This document shows, piece after piece, positions 56,859-64,000 of a stretch of DNA of 64,000 nucleotides; position 1 is the first letter of the stretch; each line of letters opens with the position of its first letter. Source of the stretch: the human T2T-CHM13v2.0 reference genome, Homo sapiens. The notes under the pieces are model-generated. The model saw nothing but the letters and a program-made list of their open reading frames with translations, was not told the origin of the DNA and did not search any database. The DNA lies in assembly GCF_009914755.1 (NCBI RefSeq), contig NC_060927.1; one strand, given 5' to 3'. Made by a program: the position numbers and the translations under genes.

Positions 56859-57465
56859 CTTAATTCAAAGAAGACATAAGTTTCACGAAAAATGAATTCA
56901 AGCATAATTGGTCTTTAGTTCTGAATCTACCCATTTAAAATTATCATTTATTTCCCTGAGCCACCAATCTATCACTACAAAGAAAAAATTTAAAACCACG
57001 CAAAATAAATTCTCCATGCTACCAACTACTGCTCTAATTTCACCAGGACAACTCAATACCCTCTATTGAATTTTAAACCTGAGTTCAAAGATAGCACAAA
57101 TGTAGCCCTGTTCTCTTCTTCCTTTATATAAAACAAACACTATAAGAAAATACAGGCGTACTCTGAGTGTGTGCCCTGTTTAGAAAAACCCAGAACAACA
57201 AATTGGAACTCACAGAATGTAGGTTAATCCCTCACTTTACAAAAGGAATCATAGGGTGTTCCCCTGAGGACATCCTTAAAATATGCAATTGCCTAAACAT
57301 GAGTAGCATAGGTTTTTAGAAATACTGTTCATGTGTAAAGTGTGTTACATCTGTAATTAGATGCAACCCATCACTAAATATTTATTTTGAGCCTGGCACT
57401 GGCTATAAGAATCTTAAGAACTAAGAAGTAGACAAATTTAAAAGTATACCAAATAGACAAAACAC

Positions 57466-57675
57466 AGCAGTTCTTAAGTACGGGTGACGTTGCCCCCAGC
57501 AGGCATTTGGCAATATCTAGAAACATTTCTGGTTATCACAACTAGAGGGTATTGCTAGCATCTAGTGGGTAGATGCCGAGACGCTGCTGACATCCCACAG
57601 AAAAAAGGACAGTCCCCGCAACACAGAAGGATCTGGCCCAAAATATAAATAGTGCTGAGGTAGAGAAACCCCGGG
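57466..57675. mobile_element. hAT-Charlie MITE (MER20-like)
   Basis: TTGCCCCCAG..CATTTGGCAAT..GCATCTAGTGGGTAGA..AATAGTGCTGAGG. Confidence 0.75.
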
Positions 57676-57870
57676 TTAACAACGTGAAAATAGTTCATCC
57701 TCATAATCATCTTAAGAATGTTTCAGAAATACTTGCTAATTATTTGTTTCTGTGTGACAATATGCTAGGAAGAACTAAACAGAACCACGGTAACAGAATT
57801 GCCCTTGTTGGGTGAATATCCACAGTTGTAATATTGCTCTTCCAACAGGCCCCACCAACTCCTCTGTTAA

Positions 57871-58198
<328 letters not shown>

Positions 58199-59107
58199 TA
58201 GTTAACTCCAGAAAGAATCTGAAGCAGATGGCAATATTAAAACATATGTAATTTAATGTTAAAATACATATAATAGCTTAAATATGCATTTTTAAAAAAG
58301 GGAGAGAAAGAGCTCAGAAGATGTTTGGAAGGGAGAGACATACCATTGTTCCAGAAGTTGGGAACCTCACTTCAGCTGTAAATTTATGGAATTAAATTTA
58401 CTCAGTTAACTGAGTCAAAAAGTTGTGGTGTGTCTGATGGTGAGCGCCCTTTCCCGGGCCCATTGGGAACCGGCTGCTTCTCAGCCTCCGAAGGTCAGTC
58501 TGGAAGTGGGGTGGGTGTCCAACATGCCCTTCTCCTGCTTTGGTGGGGCCTGCTGTCTGGCCTGCAAGTCACTGGCTCTCTCCTTCCCCTCCTCATCTTA
58601 ACTGTCATCTGTCTCCTTGCCCTTCACTCACAAAGCTGGTCCCGGTTCTCAGCCCTCCCTGGCTGTGTTCCCGCGATCGTTTCTATGGGTCCACCCTCCC
58701 ATGTCTGATCCCGCAGTCCCCGTGGCCTCATCTTCACCAGGGACTTTCCTAGACACTCAGTTCCAGGCTCGGATGTCTTCATGCTATGGCTGTTCATTGC
58801 CAGTCTATCAAATTTAGACCTGCTGGCAACCAGGACAGCGTTCTCCCCTCCAAGCTTATTTATTTAATCACTCTATGACTATGTTTTCTTCCATCTTTGA
58901 TGGTTCAATATATTGGCTGCTCTCATTTTTCCCAACCCGTCAGCCCTGGCCTGTCTTTACTTCCTTAGCAATTCTATTTCATTTCCATGGTCCATTATTT
59001 CAATCATTTTCTACACAATGCCTTAAGGTCCCTTCCCCTCTGCCCTTCAGCCCTGTATGAATCTTCAGAGAAATCTGTTTTTCCTGTGCCTGCCCTCAGA
59101 CAACTGA

Positions 59108-59549
<442 letters not shown>

Positions 59550-60295
59550 GACCCTGCCTATTTTCTAGGAAGAAGAGAAGCATAGCAGAAAATGTTCTCA
59601 AGATCCCCACCAAACCTCCAAGTCATCTTTATACCATCTCTCTTCTTTTCCTCCTCTGAGAGAGGGGTCACCCCCCTCCGACCTGAAGTCATGCCTTCTG
59701 TGAGTCCTCTGGAGCCAGCCCCTCTCACCTTTATAGAAACTTTCCTTCTCAGTTTATTCCTTCTGTCTGCCATTGCCTTCTTCTTTGCTAGTTACTCCCA
59801 TCAACATAAGCAGGTTCAAGACTCTCAAAGCCTCTCCTTCTTCTTTAAGGCCAAACTTGGGGAATGAGCTACTGAACTTATTATCTCAATTTGCCATGCT
59901 CCACACTCCCCTCAGCACACACTGTCCGGGTTCTGCTGGCGGCACAAAGCCACTTACATAGATTGTGCTGGCGTCTCCAGTAGACTCCATGTCATGAAAC
60001 CAAACGGAAACACTGTAGTCCTCCCTTATTGGAAGTCTCATCAACGCTTGACTCACTTACCACTCCCTTTTGTAACATTCCCTTCCACGGCTTTCACCAC
60101 ACATCCTCCCAGTTCTCCTCCCTCCTCCCTCGCCACTGCTTTTCAGTCACCTTTGCCAGTGTAACCTTCTCTTCAAAAAGACGGAAGTTTCTAGAGGGTT
60201 AATCTCCGCGCCTCTCCTCCTCCTGCCCTCAATCTCTGCCTAGGTCATCTCGTTCTTGATCATTGTTTCAACTATCTATATATTGATGACTCTTA

Positions 60296-60971
60296 CTTTT
60301 TTTTGGCATAAAGACAAACTTTATTGAGCCCCTTAGCACTAGTTCTCTTTCTCCTGCACAGTCTTGGTTCCCCAGAGACGTCCAGTCTGGCGGGCAGCAA
60401 TGAGACCCATTTTGCAGCCAGCAGGGTCATCTCTGAGATGGCGGAGGGGATGCCGATGTGCTGGTGGTTGCCACCTCCAAAAGGATGCTCCATAGGGTTC
60501 ATGGCCACATCCCATACTCGTGGCCACCAGTTCCTCTTTGCCTTATATTTGTGGTAGGCTTGGCAAGCCTTCAAGATGGGTTTGTCAGTTCGGCCACCTC
60601 CAGCCACCACACCAACCACAGCTCTGTTGGCTGAGGAGACAACCTTCTTGGAGCCAGAGGGCAGCTTCACACGGGTCTTCTTGGTCTCAGGGTTGTGGGA
60701 GATAGCAGTGGCATAGTTCCCTGATGCCCAGGACAGCTTGCTACGGCCTCCAGGCTTCTCCTCCAGGCAGCACACGATCATACCCTCAGGCATGGTGCCC
60801 ACAGGGAGCACACTGCCAATGTTGAGCTGGGCCTTCTTGCCGCAATACACAAACTGGCCCGTGTGAATGCCCTCGGCAGCAATGAAAAGCTCCGTCCGCT
60901 TCTTAAACCAGTACGGGTCGCGGAAGACCACCTTGGGGAGGGGCGCGCTGTGACCCGAGTTGTGGATGATG
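60296..60971 (-). pseudogene. RPL8: 5'-truncated processed pseudogene of ribosomal protein L8 (uL2)
   Basis: Intronless match to RPL8 from about [18 protein letters not shown] to TKTVQEKEN*; 1-nt deletion near 60435; AATAAA (60320-60325), short poly(A), TSD G(A/G)TGACTCTTA at 60285-60295 and 60972-60982. Confidence 0.95.
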
Positions 60972-62934
60972 GGTGACTCTTAAATTTAAATCTGGCTTAA
61001 ATCTTTTAGTCTGGGGACCCGTGTACCCCTACGCATGGCATATCCACTGGAAAATCTCACGGACACCTCAAACCCAACAAGGCGACAGCCTAATTTATAA
61101 ATCCACCTCCGAATCCAGTTCTCTACCTCTGTGAACAGTGGCAGTATCCCCCTAGCTGTGCAAGCCCGGGACCTGGGAGGCATTCCTGACACCTACCTCC
61201 CTGACCTCCCTAGTCCAATGAATCACCAAGGCCTGTCACTGTTTCCCTCTCATCTCTTGACTCTCTCTGAATTTGTGCCATAGCACAGTTCGCCTGGACC
61301 AGCACGAGACTCTGGTGACCCCCTGGATTTCTACAATTCATTCACCTGACAGTGGCCACAGTGATCTTTGTAAAATGTGAAACTAATCCTGAACTTTGCT
61401 TAAACCCATCAACAGCTTCCCCCACACATAGGATAAACACAAAAATACTTAGAGCATAGGAGAGAGTTTGCAAGGCCTGAAGACGAAACTAGAAAGAGAG
61501 GCTGGGGACAAAGTGTGAAGGGTCTGACACACCACGGGAAGGGGTTTGGGCTCCCATGTGGTCCAATCTGGTAGTCACTAGTCACATGAAGCTTTTCAAT
61601 TTTAAATTCATTAACATTAAATTAAAAGTTCAGTTCCTCAATATCATTAGCCACATTTTAAGTGCTCACAGTGGCTGCCATATTGGATAGCATAGCTGTA
61701 GACTATAAATTTAATGGGAGAACAACACAGTCTACTCGGTGTGGTGGGAGCGGGGTAGGGCATGAGGTCAGGAGAAAAGATAGAGGATATCAAAGATGAC
61801 CCTATGAGTGCGGCTACCGATGCTGTGGACGTGCTTGGGAAAATAGGTGGAGAAGTAGGTCTGAGGCAGAAAATAGTGTGATAAAAACAAGTTTGTATAT
61901 GCTTTCATTTAAATAGCTACAGTCACATTGTGTCCAGGAAAGAATTACAAATCCATGCTTGCGATTTCAGAGAAAGTTGAGGATGGAGATAAAAGCAAGG
62001 GAACCACTAGCTCAATGGGTGTGACCAGATAATTCACTGGAAAGAACATGGACACCAAGGCTTACTGAGCTGAGCTGGAGAAATACAGCAGTTACATGAG
62101 GCAGTACACGTCCACACCACACAGTGGCGCACTTGCAGAGTGCAAGGAAACGTTAGACCCAGAGGCGCCTGCCTGTACTCAGCCCCAGCCTAGGTGTACA
62201 TGGAAAATGTGGGCAATAAAGCTGGGCTTATTTCAGCCTATTTTACATCTTAACCTTCAGTCTTTCCTTCCCGCTTTTCCCCCTCCTCCCTGGGTTTGGA
62301 TTTTTAGATCTGAGGCCTGAAATCCCAGGGGGTGGAGCTGATAGGCCAGGTACTACCTACAGAGACCCTGCCTCTCCACTCCCTACATACATGCCTCAGC
62401 CCCCCAGGCCAGTTTCCCAACCAGCCTCTGTACTTCGTTGAATATTGTTGTTTAATTTACTCCGATTTGAAAATAAATAAATAAATAAATAAATAACATT
62501 TTATATGACATTTCGCTGAGAAGCAAAAAAAAAAACCAAAAACAAACATTGGCAGAATATGAAAACACAGATAGCAAGGCCCTAGAACTTCAACCTAAAA
62601 TATCACAATTCTATGTAATAAAAAGCAAACGACAAGTTTGTCAGTTCCAGAAACAGAAACTTAGTCTTAGAATGATCTGTGCTTCTAATAGGCTTCCTAG
62701 TCATTGTTCAATGGTCATAATTTTCTTACCTGATATTTAAAAACTATTAGCTTACAAGCATTCTTACACCCCATACCTTTCTTTCATTAATGCAGTCATA
62801 TTATTCTCTTACCAAAGCTTTCATCCTATTTAACTTTAATTTCAAGTATCTTCCTCTTATTTTTTTTCTACTTTAAAAGAATTCTTCTTATACTCCTAAA
62901 GTTTTTGCACAAACTTCCAAACAGGAAAACTTAC

Positions 62935-63089
62935 CCGTGGTTACAGGGAATGTGGTGGTGACAGGCTGTTCTGTAGTTGTAGGCAGTTTTTTTGGCCTGA
63001 ATATGTAGTGACCAATAAACCCATCTGCAGTTAAACTTAAGTCTGATAAAAACTGAATAAGAAGTTCATTTCTCTCAGACACAATTGGC
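62935..63089 (-). CDS. PCOLCE2: PCOLCE2 coding exon 6 (155 nt; end of CUB2 and Thr-rich linker)
   Basis: rc tttttag|GCCAATT...ACCACGG|gtaagt; PIVSERNELLIQFLSDLSLTADGFIGHYIFRPKKLPTTTEQPVTTTFPVTT. Confidence 0.96.
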
Positions 63090-63234
63090 CTAAAAAAAGA
63101 AAAATGTGTTTTTTTATAAATACTTAAAAGTGGTGCCTCTCTGAAAATGTAAAATTTTCTAGTTTTCCATTAACTTCCGACAATAGATTACCAGTTGTTT
63201 AAACTTAAAAGTTAAAACGTTTAAAAATACCAAT

Positions 63235-63445
63235 TCTAATAGCTAACATTTACCGAGTGTTTGCTCAGCTAGGCACTGTGCTTTATGTGAATTGTCACAT
63301 TCCACCTTCACAACAACCCTATTTTTATCTCTTTTTTTATGGAAAAGGCAATTGAAGTTCAGAGAGTTCAAGTGATTTACTCAAGGCCCTATAGCTAGTA
63401 TGTTGGGAGAGTCAGAACTTGAACCCAGGACCAGATAACTCTAGA
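63235..63445 (-). mobile_element. MIR
   Basis: TAATAGCTAACATTTAC...TTCACAACAACCCTAT...GAACTTGAACCCAGG. Confidence 0.7.
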
Positions 63446-64000
63446 GACTGTGGCAGACGTTGGGACATGGCTGGTTTTCAAAAAGCACCTCATGATTTGC
63501 CTGATTGGGAAAAGGCAGATTCTCTGAACTAAGACTTGCGTTCAAGCTGGCCTGGGTTTGCCATGTTGGCTACAGAGCATAAAATGGACAAATCTGGTGA
63601 ACAAATTCCCACGCCCTGTAAAGATGCAGCCAGAGGGATTATCTCAGTGGACTGATTATCTTTTCTATCCACTCCGGGCTAAGAAAGCCATGCAAAGGAC
63701 TTCCATTTCATTTTCAATGGCAGTTCTTCGGTATGTCTGAAATGGAAACATTTCTATTATAATCTCCATTAGCAAAATGCTGTAAAGGAAAAAAAAGAAA
63801 GTGATGAATCTGTTTTGGTGTTCATGAATGGCATCATTGATTAAGAGCTCTAATTTTAGGAGCTTCCTGGTTAGCTGGCACTAAAGATTTAGTGGAGATG
63901 GTAAGTGAGGCTCAAAAGCTCTCTAAAATCTTAGGGGATTACTATATTACACAAGATAGTTTCATTTAAGTTTTGCTATTGTTATTTACACAATGGTTAA

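Noticed and set aside
58430-58817. GC-richer block with three overlapping ORFs in PCOLCE2 intron 6
   Set aside because: Too short and CpG-poor for a CpG island; no recognisable protein or splice support
60293-60931. 212-aa ORF as a functional RPL8 gene
   Set aside because: Lacks the first ~47 codons and the native ATG, has a frameshift, a poly(A) remnant and TSDs
61741-62340. Possible G-quadruplex (61741-61767) and CTCF-like motifs (about 62118 and 62325)
   Set aside because: Only three G3+ runs, and several mismatches to the CTCF core

Overview
AT-rich, Alu/L1/LTR-dense primate (human-like) genomic DNA with two convergent genes. On the + strand are the last nine coding exons and 3' UTR of TRPC1 (10871-39478, poly(A) signal 41106-41111). 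On the - strand are the last four coding exons and 3' UTR of PCOLCE2 (63089-51578, poly(A) signal 51131-51136). All junctions are GT-AG with consistent phases. Two L1-mobilised retrocopies are present: a U7 snRNA copy in TRPC1 intron 9 and a 5'-truncated RPL8 processed pseudogene in PCOLCE2 intron 6. Nearly all other ORF-track entries are repeat-derived or chance ORFs. I see no evidence of a new biological system; this looks like a known mammalian locus. The most unusual local structures are an Alu/L1 micro-inversion flanked by an inverted duplication (6461-6845), a 164-bp tandem duplication (36658-36985), a degenerate fully palindromic MITE-like element (33511-33763), back-to-back perfect palindromes (50639-50680), and candidate retroelement-supplied poly(A) sites for PCOLCE2. 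Exon numbers assume the recalled 13-exon TRPC1 and 9-exon PCOLCE2 models. Repeat boundaries and subfamily calls were made by eye and are approximate.
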